Origin: an uncultured Dehalococcoidales bacterium
GTDB taxonomy: Bacteria; Chloroflexota; Dehalococcoidia; Dehalococcoidales; JAUVZE01
NCBI GenBank assembly: GCA_964572285.1
Contig: CAZNEL010000001.1
Location: 1 to 58,808, forward strand
Direction: 5' to 3'
Length of the DNA stretch: 58,808 bases
Part shown: in pieces, positions 25,115 to 34,833 of the stretch
Layout of the letters: the number at the start of each line of letters is the position of its first letter
Numbering within the stretch: the first letter of the stretch is position 1
Made by a program: the position numbers and the translations under genes
Notes under the pieces: model-generated
What the model saw: only the letters and a program-made list of their open reading frames with translations
What the model was told of the DNA's origin: nothing
The model's database searches: none

Positions 25115-25999
25115 CTAACTGGCTCTGATCTCTTGCCTCATGAAGAGCACATAGCTTATCGCAAAGCAGATAGCGGTTATACCTATTAAGCCGGTAATAT
25201 GAGGCCAGATAACAAGTAGGCTTTGACCTAAAGATAGTGGGTTGAGGATCATATACTGTAGTTCTTCACCTGCGGTTAGTAACCCGGCGCCACGCCATAT
25301 TGGGAGGAGCAGTACCGTAGTGGCTTCTCCGAACAGTGTGTTGGGAGAAAGCCGCTGTAACATTAGGGATGCCTCTGTTGTCTTGGCTATGGCTGGTACT
25401 ATTAAGTTAACCCAGAAGAAGCCAAAGAATAGCCACACGGCAAGCGAGGATAACAGAGAGGTAGCTATCCTCCGGAACGAAACAGAGAAAAGTATTGCTA
25501 AACCCATCCAGAAGGATCCATAAACTGTGGTCAAGAGAAGGTAGAGAAAGAGCCGGGTAATCTCTTCTGCATTTGGTGGCACGCCAATCATACGTAAACC
25601 AAATCCAGCGACGAGCAGTATCGTGGTGAATACCATGATAAAGAGAGTGGCTATACCAGCCAGAAACTTAGCATTGATGACATTATCTCGGTAAATAGGC
25701 TGGGACAGTACGCGGCTTAGGGTACCATTGGAGCGTTCACTGTTTACAGCATCAAAACCAAGGGCTATACCTATTATAGGGACAAAAAGAGCGATGAAGG
25801 TAGTCAGAGAAGGAATTGCCGTTCCTGAAGTGGTGAAAAGTTTCAGGAAGACAAAGCCGCTTTCAATACTAATGCCTCGAATCCCCTGGTATGAAGCAAA
25901 AAGACCAGCCGCACTGGCACCAATGACCAGGAGAAAGAATATAAAAACCCTTATGCTTGTGAAAAAATCAGCTAGCTCTTTCCGAAATATAGTTGCCAT
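25115..25999 (-). CDS. ABC-2 type transporter permease
   Basis: 294 aa, ~6 TM, downstream of the ATPase. Confidence 0.75.
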   Translation of the reverse strand: MATIFRKELADFFTSIRVFIFFLLVIGASAAGLFASYQGIRGISIESGFVFLKLFTTSGTAIPSLTTFIALFVPIIGIALGFDAVNSERSNGTLSRVLSQPIYRDNVINAKFLAGIATLFIMVFTTILLVAGFGLRMIGVPPNAEEITRLFLYLLLTTVYGSFWMGLAILFSVSFRRIATSLLSSLAVWLFFGFFWVNLIVPAIAKTTEASLMLQRLSPNTLFGEATTVLLLPIWRGAGLLTAGEELQYMILNPLSLGQSLLVIWPHITGLIGITAICFAISYVLFMRQEIRAS

Positions 26000-26023
26000 A
26001 TATTAAACTTGCTCCTCTGTTAA

Positions 26024-26959
26024 CTAGGCCTCACGGAAATATTTCATATATATATCATCTAGAGAGAACTCTTGAATCTTCATTTGGATTAGGGGGGTAT
26101 CGCTGCCAACTACTACTTTGGCTATTTCTGACCGTAGATCCAAATCGGCGTTTACCAGAAGCAGATTATCCTTAGCTTCAACATTTCTTATCCCTGGAAT
26201 CTTATTGACGAGGTCTATTAGCTTGGGGTTGGGGTGAGCGGTCTCTACTTCTATTCGGAAACTTCCTCCAGCGAGAGCTTCTCTACCAAGTTGGTCTAAA
26301 GAACCCTCAATCACTGTTTTACCCTTGGATAGTATGCCAATACTATGACAAACCCGTTGCACTTGATATAGCTGATGGGATGAGATAACTACAGTAGCTC
26401 CCATTTTCGGTAGGTTAGCTATAATGTCAAGTATCTGGTTTATTCCTTCTGGGTCAAGTCCGGAAGTGGGTTCATCAAGAAAAGCTACCTTGGGGCTTTT
26501 GATTAGCACATCAGCTATTCCCAGGCGTTGCATCATTCCCCGGGAGAACTTGCCCACGGCTAAGTTGGCTACATCAGCAATGCCTACCATCTCCAGTAAC
26601 TCGTCAATTTTCCGGTTAGCCTCAGCATAGCTAATACCATTTAACTCGGCGATAAACATCAGGTTTTCCCTGGCAGTAAGGTTACCATAGAAGCCTACCT
26701 TTTCTGGCAGATATCCAGTTATGCGTTTTACCTTGAGGGGCTCTCGGGTGGGATTGTAACCATATACTCGGGCACTACCTGATGCTGGTTCGGTGAGTCC
26801 CAGTAACATGAGGATGGTGGTGGTTTTACCAGCACCATTGGGACCAAGCAAACCAAATACCTCATTCTCTCCGATATGCAGATTAAGATGATCTACTACA
26901 GTAGTACCGTCGTAGCTCTTAGTTAGGTCTTTAGTTTCAATGACTACCTTATCAGCCAT
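26024..26959 (-). CDS. ABC transporter ATP-binding protein
   Basis: 311 aa. Walker A GPNGAGKTT, signature-like FSRGMMQRL, and Walker B FLDEPTSGLD. Confidence 0.92.
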   Translation of the reverse strand: MADKVVIETKDLTKSYDGTTVVDHLNLHIGENEVFGLLGPNGAGKTTTILMLLGLTEPASGSARVYGYNPTREPLKVKRITGYLPEKVGFYGNLTARENLMFIAELNGISYAEANRKIDELLEMVGIADVANLAVGKFSRGMMQRLGIADVLIKSPKVAFLDEPTSGLDPEGINQILDIIANLPKMGATVVISSHQLYQVQRVCHSIGILSKGKTVIEGSLDQLGREALAGGSFRIEVETAHPNPKLIDLVNKIPGIRNVEAKDNLLLVNADLDLRSEIAKVVVGSDTPLIQMKIQEFSLDDIYMKYFREA

Positions 26960-26965
26960 AATTAC

Positions 26966-28117
26966 TTACCGCCTGCTAAAACGCATAAATATGTAGGCCA
27001 ATCCGGCAACAACCAGGACGATAATGCCAACTCCAACCCATCCCCAGACGGTGGGTGTTTCTACAGTGACCCTGATTTTAAGCTCTTCTTGCGAGGCTTG
27101 CTCTCCTGAAGCTCTGATAGTGATTTCATAATCCCCGGCTATAGTTTCCGGTGGCGGCTTTATATTCAGGTCTACTGTTTGAAAGTCAAAAGCGGGCAGT
27201 GATTCTACCTTGTCTGGGGAGTACTCGATAGTCCATCCAGTGGGTTTAACTGAAGAGAGCTTGATATTTTCGATATCGGCAGTCCCCAAATTCTGCACAT
27301 CTATGGAAAAGTAGTTATCTTTACCGGCTTTAGCGGTGGTGTTATAGAGCTCACCAGACGGAGCTAAAGCCATAGTATATCTGGCGGTTATCACTGCGGT
27401 GAGTTCAGTAGTGCCTGTAATCTCACCGGACATTGCTTCCAGTGTTATCTTGTAATCCCCAGGCTCAGGTAATGGCCAGAAAGGTGCGGTAGCGGTAAGA
27501 TTTAGCTTAGTTCCGGCGGCAAAACCTGGCTGAAGTGTAATTTCTCTTATTCTGCTATCTCCCTGATATGGTGGTGTTATATAAGCAGACCAGCCTTGAG
27601 GTGTGGTAATTAACAGTTCAAAGCTACGGGCTTCACCCCCGAGCTCTCCAGTATAATTGAACTCTATCTCAAACTCGAAGCTAGTCCCGGCGATGCCTTC
27701 TACTGCCGGATAGGTGACCTTCATCTCAACACTAGGCACCGGGTTAATTCTGATAGTAAAGTAGTCGGCAGTTTCCTGTACCGGTGTGGCACTATCTTTT
27801 ACTTCGATGGTGAAACTCACAGTAGCTACCTTTGTTGGTGTACCAGAAAGCTCACCAGTAACTGGGTTCAAATCTAGCCCGTCAGGTAAGCTGCCTTCTG
27901 GTATGCTCCAGGTATAAGGGGTTGTTCCTCCGGAGACTTCAAGAGTAGCGCTGTAAGCTTCTCCTACTGTACCACTAGGTAAGTCAGCTGTGGTGATAGT
28001 CAGGGATTCCTCCTGGGCTAAGACGGCAGCAGGCTGGCAAATAGCCAGCAGGCTTGCCAGCAAGAGAAAAAAGGTGCAAAATACTCTTCCTATTTTCATT
28101 GTCTTACCACCTCGCAT
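26966..28117 (-). CDS. Surface protein with an Ig-like (putative Ig / He_PIG-type) domain, NEW3-like repeats and a C-terminal TM anchor
   Basis: 383 aa. Signal peptide, then LPSGTVGEAYSATLEVSGGTTPYTWSI..LPDGLDLNPVTGELSGTP, and a C-terminal VGVGIIVLVVAGLAYIF-RFSRR. Confidence 0.6.
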   Translation of the reverse strand: MRGGKTMKIGRVFCTFFLLLASLLAICQPAAVLAQEESLTITTADLPSGTVGEAYSATLEVSGGTTPYTWSIPEGSLPDGLDLNPVTGELSGTPTKVATVSFTIEVKDSATPVQETADYFTIRINPVPSVEMKVTYPAVEGIAGTSFEFEIEFNYTGELGGEARSFELLITTPQGWSAYITPPYQGDSRIREITLQPGFAAGTKLNLTATAPFWPLPEPGDYKITLEAMSGEITGTTELTAVITARYTMALAPSGELYNTTAKAGKDNYFSIDVQNLGTADIENIKLSSVKPTGWTIEYSPDKVESLPAFDFQTVDLNIKPPPETIAGDYEITIRASGEQASQEELKIRVTVETPTVWGWVGVGIIVLVVAGLAYIFMRFSRR

Positions 28118-28150
28118 GAATTTTACTACAAGAATTTGAAATCAATATTA

Positions 28151-29149
28151 CTACTGCGCCAGGAGTTCTTTAACTTTATCGGTGAAGGCGGGTAGTATCT
28201 TTTTCCAATCTCCAATTACACCGAAGCGAGCCTCTCTAAAGATGTTTGCCTCAGGATCCTTGTTTATGGCAATTATGGTCTTGGCACCACCGGCGCCGGT
28301 CATGTGTTGGCTGCTACCGGAAAGGGCAACAGCGATGTAAAGGTCAGGGGTGATAATCTTACCGGTGAGTCCTACCTGTAGCCCAGCTGGTACCCAGCCA
28401 TTATCACAAGGTGGTCTAGTAGCACCAACTGCTCCCCTTAGTATTCTAGACAGTTCCTCTAGTTGTTTAAAACCCTCAGCGCCGCCAATGCCTCTACCTC
28501 CACTAACCACTACCTTAGCATCCTCCAGTTTTATCCCCTCTACTTCCTCGGGTACTTTTTCAAGTACCTTGGTTCTTATAGTTGAGGGTTCTATCCCAGC
28601 ATCAACAGTAACGACCTCTCCCTGTCTAGAAGCATCTGGTTCTAGTGGGGGCATGGCTTTGGCTCTGACAGTTACAATCTGAGGGTTGGACTCATTGGTG
28701 AAAATAGCTAGGGCATTCCCTCCAAAGACTGGTTTAGTTTGTAGTAGACGCTTTGATTCAGGATCAATAGCCAGGTCTACGCAGTCCATGGTGGCTGCCG
28801 TATTAAGTCTGAAGGATAGTCTTGGTGCCAGGTCACGTCCAACGGAAGTTTGCCCCAGGAGGATAATCTGGGGCATTGCCTGTTCTGTTACCTTCTCCAT
28901 GGCTTGTAGATAAGAATCTGTCTGGTAATCTTTTAATAACGGGTCATCGACCACATACACTTTGTCAGCCCCAAAAACGATGGCCTCTTGGGCTAGACTA
29001 CTTACTTCACTACCTATTAATACAGCACAAAGTTTATACCCTAACTCATCAGCCAGTTTCCGGCCACATCCAAGTAGTTCAGTCGTTACCCCTGACAGTT
29101 TGCCTTCGGTAACCTCACCGTAAACTATTACATCTTTATATTCAGCCAT
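28151..29149 (-). CDS. etfA: Electron transfer flavoprotein subunit alpha
   Basis: 332 aa. C-terminal FAD-binding region IAVALSGSSQHMTG. Confidence 0.88.
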   Translation of the reverse strand: MAEYKDVIVYGEVTEGKLSGVTTELLGCGRKLADELGYKLCAVLIGSEVSSLAQEAIVFGADKVYVVDDPLLKDYQTDSYLQAMEKVTEQAMPQIILLGQTSVGRDLAPRLSFRLNTAATMDCVDLAIDPESKRLLQTKPVFGGNALAIFTNESNPQIVTVRAKAMPPLEPDASRQGEVVTVDAGIEPSTIRTKVLEKVPEEVEGIKLEDAKVVVSGGRGIGGAEGFKQLEELSRILRGAVGATRPPCDNGWVPAGLQVGLTGKIITPDLYIAVALSGSSQHMTGAGGAKTIIAINKDPEANIFREARFGVIGDWKKILPAFTDKVKELLAQ

Positions 29150-29201
29150 AAAATTACCCTCTCATTATAGTGAAAGAATGTTAATAACCTGTTAAGAATA
29201 G

Positions 29202-30002
29202 CTACAATATCTTTGACTCTCTGAGTTTCGTAGCCAGATTAGCTCCAGCTTCTTCTGGGCTCTCCGCTTCGATAATCTCACATTTACCTTCGTGGACTGG
29301 TTGAAATAGCTTGATAAGCTTGGTACGCCTGCCAGGTGCTCCTACTTGGGAGGCTTCAAGTCCTATGTCGGCTGGTTTCCAGAGAATTGGTTCCTTTTTC
29401 TTAGCGGCCATAATACCGGTTATCTTCGGGTAGCGGGGTTCACCAAGTTCATTGCTGACCGTAACCAAGACAGGTAGGGATACCTCAATCACCTCATAGC
29501 CGTCAGCGGTTACCCGCTCTACTTTTGCTTTGCCATCACTTATGTCTATTTTTTTGGCTAATGTTATACTGGGTAGACCTAGTATCTCAGCAATACCCGA
29601 GCCAACTTGGCCGGAGTCCCAGTCAGCAGCCTGCCGACCACAAAATATGATGTCGTATTCGCCTATTTTTTTTATGGCCGTAGCTAGGGCAAAGGCTGTT
29701 GCCCAGCTATCACCTTCGGCAAAGGCTTCGTCCTCAAGCAGGATAAGCTCATCAGCTCCCATAGCCAGAGGTCTCTTTACCACCTCGCGCAGTAGGTTGG
29801 TACCCAAGCTTAAGACGGTTATTTTACCGCCCTGGGTATCCTTAATTCGCAGTGCTGCTTCTACGGCTTGTTCATCAAAGGTGCTGATTACTGGCGGGAC
29901 GCCTTGTGGTGGTACCACTTTGTTAGTGGAAGAGTCAACCTTGAAACTGGCTGGGGGTGCCTCGGGGTCAATTACCTGCTTAGCGCAGACAATCATGTTC
30001 AT
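29202..30002 (-). CDS. etfB: Electron transfer flavoprotein subunit beta
   Basis: 266 aa with N-terminus MNMIVCAKQVIDPE and AGGAGG SD. Confidence 0.88.
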   Translation of the reverse strand: MNMIVCAKQVIDPEAPPASFKVDSSTNKVVPPQGVPPVISTFDEQAVEAALRIKDTQGGKITVLSLGTNLLREVVKRPLAMGADELILLEDEAFAEGDSWATAFALATAIKKIGEYDIIFCGRQAADWDSGQVGSGIAEILGLPSITLAKKIDISDGKAKVERVTADGYEVIEVSLPVLVTVSNELGEPRYPKITGIMAAKKKEPILWKPADIGLEASQVGAPGRRTKLIKLFQPVHEGKCEIIEAESPEEAGANLATKLRESKIL

Positions 30003-30056
30003 TGTGCCTATGCCTCCTGTTTATAGCTTATGCTTTACTCAAACAAAAACCTGTCT

Positions 30057-30085
30057 ATTCTAGCATCAGGACAGTTGTATGTCAA
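30057..30085 (-). promoter_or_regulatory. Sigma70 promoter TTGACA-N17-TAGAAT for etfBA
   Basis: On the minus strand the -35 is at 30080-30085 and the -10 at 30057-30062. Confidence 0.65.
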
Positions 30086-30121
30086 GCTGAGCACAGAAAT
30101 ATTGATATCGAAATGGGCACG

Positions 30122-30970
30122 CTACTTATTGGGGGATGGGAACAAGCTTACCACTCGATCTATACCACCCAAGTCTAGTGTCACCTCTATGTTAGCACAT
30201 TGGAAAAAGCTATGCAATAGAGATGTTACTGCTTTTCTCTGTCCTTGCCCAATCTCTAGAAGTAGGTAACCTGTAGGGCGGAGCTTGTTTTTTACTTGAC
30301 GACATAATTGACTTATCTTTTGTAAGCCATCCGGACCTCCATCTAAAGCCAATAGTGGTTCAAACTTGGCTGGTATTATTCGGGGTAACTCTGCTTTCCT
30401 AACATAAGGCAGATTGGCTACTATGAGGTCAACTGGCTCAGGTAAAGGGTTAAGCATATCACCCTGAAACAGATGAATCTCTTTTGCCACACCGTGTTTA
30501 TTACAGTTAATTTGAGCAACTTCAAGGGCAGAAGCCGAGATGTCGGTGGCATAGATGTTAACATGTGGCAGGTTTAATGCCAGGCTGATGGCGATCGCCC
30601 CGCAACCGGTTCCAATATCAGCTATAGTGGATACTTGTTGGTTTGCAGCTGTACTGAGCGCTAGTTCTACTAGGAGCTCGCTTTCTGGTCTGGGGATAAG
30701 AACATGAGGATTGACATAAAAATCAAGGCCGTAGAACTCACGGTGTCCAGTTATATAAGCGGTGGGCTCATGACTGAGACGGCGTTTTATTAACTTCCAG
30801 AAGGTTTGCTCTTGCTTGAGACTTAGTTCTTCGTCAAGGTCTTGATATAGCTGAACTCGATTTATCTTTAGTGTATGTCTTAATAGCAGTTCGCTCTCAA
30901 GGGGGAAATCCTCAATATCGTTAGCCTTTAGTATTTCCCTGGCATGGCTGAGCGCCTGCTTCAAGGTCAT
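30122..30970 (-). CDS. prmC: Release factor glutamine N5-methyltransferase
   Basis: 282 aa with DIGTGCGAIA and IVANLPYV (NPPY-type). Overlaps prfA by 4 nt. Confidence 0.9.
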   Translation of the reverse strand: MTLKQALSHAREILKANDIEDFPLESELLLRHTLKINRVQLYQDLDEELSLKQEQTFWKLIKRRLSHEPTAYITGHREFYGLDFYVNPHVLIPRPESELLVELALSTAANQQVSTIADIGTGCGAIAISLALNLPHVNIYATDISASALEVAQINCNKHGVAKEIHLFQGDMLNPLPEPVDLIVANLPYVRKAELPRIIPAKFEPLLALDGGPDGLQKISQLCRQVKNKLRPTGYLLLEIGQGQRKAVTSLLHSFFQCANIEVTLDLGGIDRVVSLFPSPNK

Positions 30971-32037
30971 GCCAGTTGCTCCTCCAGCTTTCTTGCCTGG
31001 GCGTTAGTAGATAGAATATCGATGAGTTCATCTAGTCCCCCCTCCATGATTCGAGGGAGATTGTGGAAAGTTCGACTAATACGGTGGTCAGTAACGCGGT
31101 CCTGGGGGAAATTATAGGTTCGTATCTTTTCGGAACGGTCACCAGTGCCTACCTGAGAACGGCGTTGTTTGGTTATTGCATCATCCTGTTTACGTTGCTC
31201 TATATCCAGGAGGCGGGCCCGGAGCACTGACATCGCTTTCAGTTTGTTTCTTAGCTGTGAACGCTCATCCTGACAGGTGGTTACTATGCCGGTAGGGAGG
31301 TGAGTAATACGGACGGCAGTGGCTACCTTATTTACGTTTTGCCCTCCAGCACCACCACTATGGAAGATATCAATCTTAAGGTCATCAGGATTGACGGATA
31401 TTTCTACATCATCGGCTTCAGGAAGAACAGCCACTGTGGCAGTTGAGGTATGAATTCTACCTGAAGATTCGGTGACCGGCACTCGCTGCACCCGGTGTAC
31501 TCCCATTTCATATTTTAATTGGCTATAAGCACCCTTACCTTTTATTTCAAACACGATTTCTTTGAAAGCACCGATGCCACTCTCGTTGCTATCAATGATG
31601 TCTGTTTGCCAGCCTTTGGTTTGAGCGTAACGGCTGTACATACGGAAGAGATCAGCGGCAAATAATCCAGCTTCATCGCCGCCGGCACCCGCCCGGATTT
31701 CTACAATGATGTCCTTTTCATCCTTAGGGTCCTTGGGCAGGAGGGTTAGCTTTAGTTCTTGGAGTAGCTGTTCTTGCTGGGATTGCAGGCTTTCTATTTC
31801 TTGCTTAACTAGGGCTGTCATTTGTTCATCTATTCCATCGTTGAGCATTGTTCGTGTATCTTCTAGTGCTTTAGAGGTTGCCTGATATTCTATGTATTTG
31901 GTTACGACGTTTTCGACGCTAGCCCGTTCTTGAGCTAGCTTTTGTAGTTGTTTGGGGTCAGTGGCTAACTCCGACAAGGATATCTGCTTGTTTAACTCTT
32001 CGTAGCGTTCTTTTATTTGCTCTAGTTTGTTCCACAT
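30967..32037 (-). CDS. prfA: Peptide chain release factor 1
   Basis: 356 aa with the GGAGGQNVNKV GGQ motif and the RVPVTES (PxT) tripeptide region. Confidence 0.95.
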   Translation of the reverse strand: MWNKLEQIKERYEELNKQISLSELATDPKQLQKLAQERASVENVVTKYIEYQATSKALEDTRTMLNDGIDEQMTALVKQEIESLQSQQEQLLQELKLTLLPKDPKDEKDIIVEIRAGAGGDEAGLFAADLFRMYSRYAQTKGWQTDIIDSNESGIGAFKEIVFEIKGKGAYSQLKYEMGVHRVQRVPVTESSGRIHTSTATVAVLPEADDVEISVNPDDLKIDIFHSGGAGGQNVNKVATAVRITHLPTGIVTTCQDERSQLRNKLKAMSVLRARLLDIEQRKQDDAITKQRRSQVGTGDRSEKIRTYNFPQDRVTDHRISRTFHNLPRIMEGGLDELIDILSTNAQARKLEEQLA

Positions 32038-32058
32038 AATCAGTTAACTCCAAATAGA

Positions 32059-32087
32059 ATTATAGCATTTGCGTAGGTAGCGTTCAA
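32059..32087 (-). promoter_or_regulatory. Sigma70 promoter TTGAAC-N17-TATAAT for prfA-prmC
   Basis: On the minus strand the -35 is at 32082-32087 and the -10 at 32059-32064. Confidence 0.65.
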
Positions 32088-32129
32088 AAAGATTGTTGAG
32101 GATTGAGAGAGGTATGAAATGTAGATAAG

Positions 32130-33221
32130 TTAAGTGTCTGCTTCTATCAGGGTTCCAGGCAGTATGTTACTGCCTGACTTGAGCTGACAGCAGTTAAGAA
32201 CTACCACATTATCACCCAGAGACGAGCCTTGTGCAATGCAGTCGGCATTCAAGTGGCAGTTATTGGCTATGACGCAACTCTTTACCACAGTGCTGTGTCC
32301 TATGTGGGTGTTATCCCAGATAACAGAGTCTGTAATAATAGCACCCGACTGGATAGTGCATCCGGAGCCAATCACTACGGGTCCAGTTAACATAACATTT
32401 GCTTCGACATTACAATTATCACCGATAATGACTGGCCCATGTATTTTAGCTGTGGGGTGTATTTGACTTTGCTTACCAATCGGGCTTGTGGTCGGAGGAG
32501 TATAACAGGTGCTTTTACCACATAAGAGGTCTCGGTGAAGTTGAAGGTATTTTTCTGGTGTGCCCGTATCCATCCAGTAGGTAGAGTAATCGTAACCCCA
32601 GGCTGATATTTCCTGTTTTTCGGGTAAAGTGGCAAAAAAATCATGCTCAATACTGAACTTAACTTGGGGTGGGATGCAGGCTAGAATGTCTGGCTCGAAA
32701 ATATAGGTACCGGCATTTATAAAATTTGTAGTAACCTCATCCGGTTTTGGTTTTTCCAAGAAACGAGTAATTTTACCGTGGACATCAGTTTCTATCAGGC
32801 CATAGCTAGTAGGGTCATCCACCGGGAGTCGGGCTATGGTTACTTTGGCTTTTCTACTCTGGTGAAAATGCATCATGTCAGTAATATCAAGGTCTGTAAA
32901 GATATCGCCGTTGAGCATCAGGAAGGTTTCATCTAAGTACTTTTCAGCATTTTTAACTGCGCCGCCTGTACCCAGAGGAGTGTTCTCAATAGAATAATGG
33001 AGTTTGACTCCAAACTGACCGCCATCTCCAAAGTAGTCTTTTATAGATTGCTGATGTTGGCTTAATGCCAGTACTATCTCGGTTATCTGGTGCTCACTGA
33101 GATGACGAATTACATGTTCCAGAAAGGGTTTGTTAAGTACGGACACCATGGCTTTAGGAGTATTGTAGGCGAGAGGACGCAGCCTGGTCGCTTCACCCCC
33201 AACCAAAATAATTGCTTTCAT
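32130..33221 (-). CDS. Sugar-1-phosphate nucleotidyltransferase with a C-terminal left-handed beta-helix
   Basis: 363 aa. MKAIILVGGEATRLRPL N-terminus and hexapeptide-like repeats at the C-terminus. Confidence 0.8.
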   Translation of the reverse strand: MKAIILVGGEATRLRPLAYNTPKAMVSVLNKPFLEHVIRHLSEHQITEIVLALSQHQQSIKDYFGDGGQFGVKLHYSIENTPLGTGGAVKNAEKYLDETFLMLNGDIFTDLDITDMMHFHQSRKAKVTIARLPVDDPTSYGLIETDVHGKITRFLEKPKPDEVTTNFINAGTYIFEPDILACIPPQVKFSIEHDFFATLPEKQEISAWGYDYSTYWMDTGTPEKYLQLHRDLLCGKSTCYTPPTTSPIGKQSQIHPTAKIHGPVIIGDNCNVEANVMLTGPVVIGSGCTIQSGAIITDSVIWDNTHIGHSTVVKSCVIANNCHLNADCIAQGSSLGDNVVVLNCCQLKSGSNILPGTLIEADT

Positions 33222-33328
33222 AGTATCTATAAATCTCGTCTATGATTAGGCTTATCAGGTACATTGTACCATAAATCTGATGGGTCTTTGCCTCGGTTGG
33301 CTACTATATATTTAATTTATCCAGTTTG

Positions 33329-33357
33329 TTGATTTCAAGATATGTTCATTGTAGAAT
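33329..33357 (+). promoter_or_regulatory. Sigma70 promoter TTGATT-N17-TAGAAT for plsY copy 1
   Basis: Hexamers at 33329-33334 and 33352-33357. Confidence 0.6.
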
Positions 33358-33380
33358 GCTAATGAAATAATATCAGGATA

Positions 33381-34016
33381 TTGTGTATGGATAGTAGCGT
33401 GCTTTTTATTGTCATTGCTTTAATCTGTGCCTATTTACTTGGCTCATTGCCTTCGGCTTATCTAATGGCTCGTTTCAGGAAGGGGATAGATATTCGTGGT
33501 GTCGGCAGTAAAAGTATGGGTGCCATGAATGTCTTCTATAAAGTAGGCTTTACTGAGGGTATCGTGGTATTGGCATTAGATATTGGGAAAGGAGCCGCCG
33601 CAATTGCCTTGGCCCGCTGGCTGGGAGTGCCGATGATAATTGAGCTGTTTGCTGGAGTGGCTGCTGTGATTGGTCATAGCTACCCGGTATGGCTCAAGTT
33701 TCGTGGTGGTCGGGGTGGTGCTACCACTATCGGTATTCTTATCTTCCTAATGCCCTGGGGTATACCTATTTACCTTGCCATTTTCGGGCTTGTTTTGCTA
33801 ACAACTCATTTTCCGACACTCAGCTATAGTATAGCTTTTCTGTGTTTTCCTTTTATCGCCTGGCTAATCTATCATTCTGGGGTGCTGGTAGCTTTCTCGG
33901 TGGGTATATTGTTCCTCCCGCTGTTAAAGTATATTCCCAGAATAAAAGAGATGCGTGCTGCCGGAGGTAGCTGGCGTCATGTCTTACTGCGCAGAAACTT
34001 GAAGGATAGGTTATAG
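33381..34016 (+). CDS. plsY: Glycerol-3-phosphate acyltransferase PlsY (copy 1)
   Basis: 211 aa with GSLPSAY, GSKSMGAMNV and HSYPVWLKFRGGRG. The likely start is ATG 33387. Confidence 0.88.
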   Translation: MCMDSSVLFIVIALICAYLLGSLPSAYLMARFRKGIDIRGVGSKSMGAMNVFYKVGFTEGIVVLALDIGKGAAAIALARWLGVPMIIELFAGVAAVIGHSYPVWLKFRGGRGGATTIGILIFLMPWGIPIYLAIFGLVLLTTHFPTLSYSIAFLCFPFIAWLIYHSGVLVAFSVGILFLPLLKYIPRIKEMRAAGGSWRHVLLRRNLKDRL

Positions 34017-34811
34017 GTCAATATCCTCAGGCTCACCATCTGATTTTTCTTCCTTTACCCACCGTGTTCTTAGTGCCAGTATGGGGATAGCAATTGCTAA
34101 TATAATTATACCTATCACCTGAGCCTGATGTAAGCCAAAGAGGAACGGTGTTCCGTCACGCAGGAACCCAATCCCGAGCCGCCATAATGAGTATAGACTA
34201 AGATATATCAGAAACAGTGAACCATCAGGTTTGAGACGCCTTCTTAATATGAGTAAAATACCAAAAACTATTAGATTGTAGATAATCTCGAAAATCTGCG
34301 TTGGCAGAACAGGTACTCCGAGCGGGGCGAGGCTATTAGGGTGAGTATAGACGACACCCCAAGGTAGAGAAGTTTGCAGGCCGTAACAGCAACCGTTTAT
34401 GGTACAGCCGATTCTGCCTACAGCCTGAGATAATATAATACCCGGTGCTATCATATCAGCAAAATAGCTGAATTGGAATTTACTTACTTTACTATAAATC
34501 CAGATGCCCAGGGCAGCACCTAAAACAGCGCCATAGATAGTCAGACCGGCACCACTAAGGATTTGCCCCGGATTCTGAAGATAATACTGCCACAAGTCAA
34601 TAACGTGGAGCACCTTGGCAAAAATTATTCCTGAAGGGATGCCCACCAGCGCTGCGGTCAGCGCGGTATCGTAAGAGATCTTATCTCCCTTCTTTACCTG
34701 CCATAAGGTCCACAACACTACGGTTAATACTGCCAGAGCCACCATAATGCCATACCACCTGACGCTTATTGGGCCTATGGTGACAATAGGATCCATACTT
34801 ATGATAAACAT
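34011..34811 (-). CDS. lgt: Prolipoprotein diacylglyceryl transferase
   Basis: 266 aa, multi-TM, with the GRIGCTINGCCYG motif. Confidence 0.88.
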   Translation of the reverse strand: MFIISMDPIVTIGPISVRWYGIMVALAVLTVVLWTLWQVKKGDKISYDTALTAALVGIPSGIIFAKVLHVIDLWQYYLQNPGQILSGAGLTIYGAVLGAALGIWIYSKVSKFQFSYFADMIAPGIILSQAVGRIGCTINGCCYGLQTSLPWGVVYTHPNSLAPLGVPVLPTQIFEIIYNLIVFGILLILRRRLKPDGSLFLIYLSLYSLWRLGIGFLRDGTPFLFGLHQAQVIGIIILAIAIPILALRTRWVKEEKSDGEPEDIDL

Positions 34812-34833
34812 CGTTCCTCCAAAAGATCAGCCC

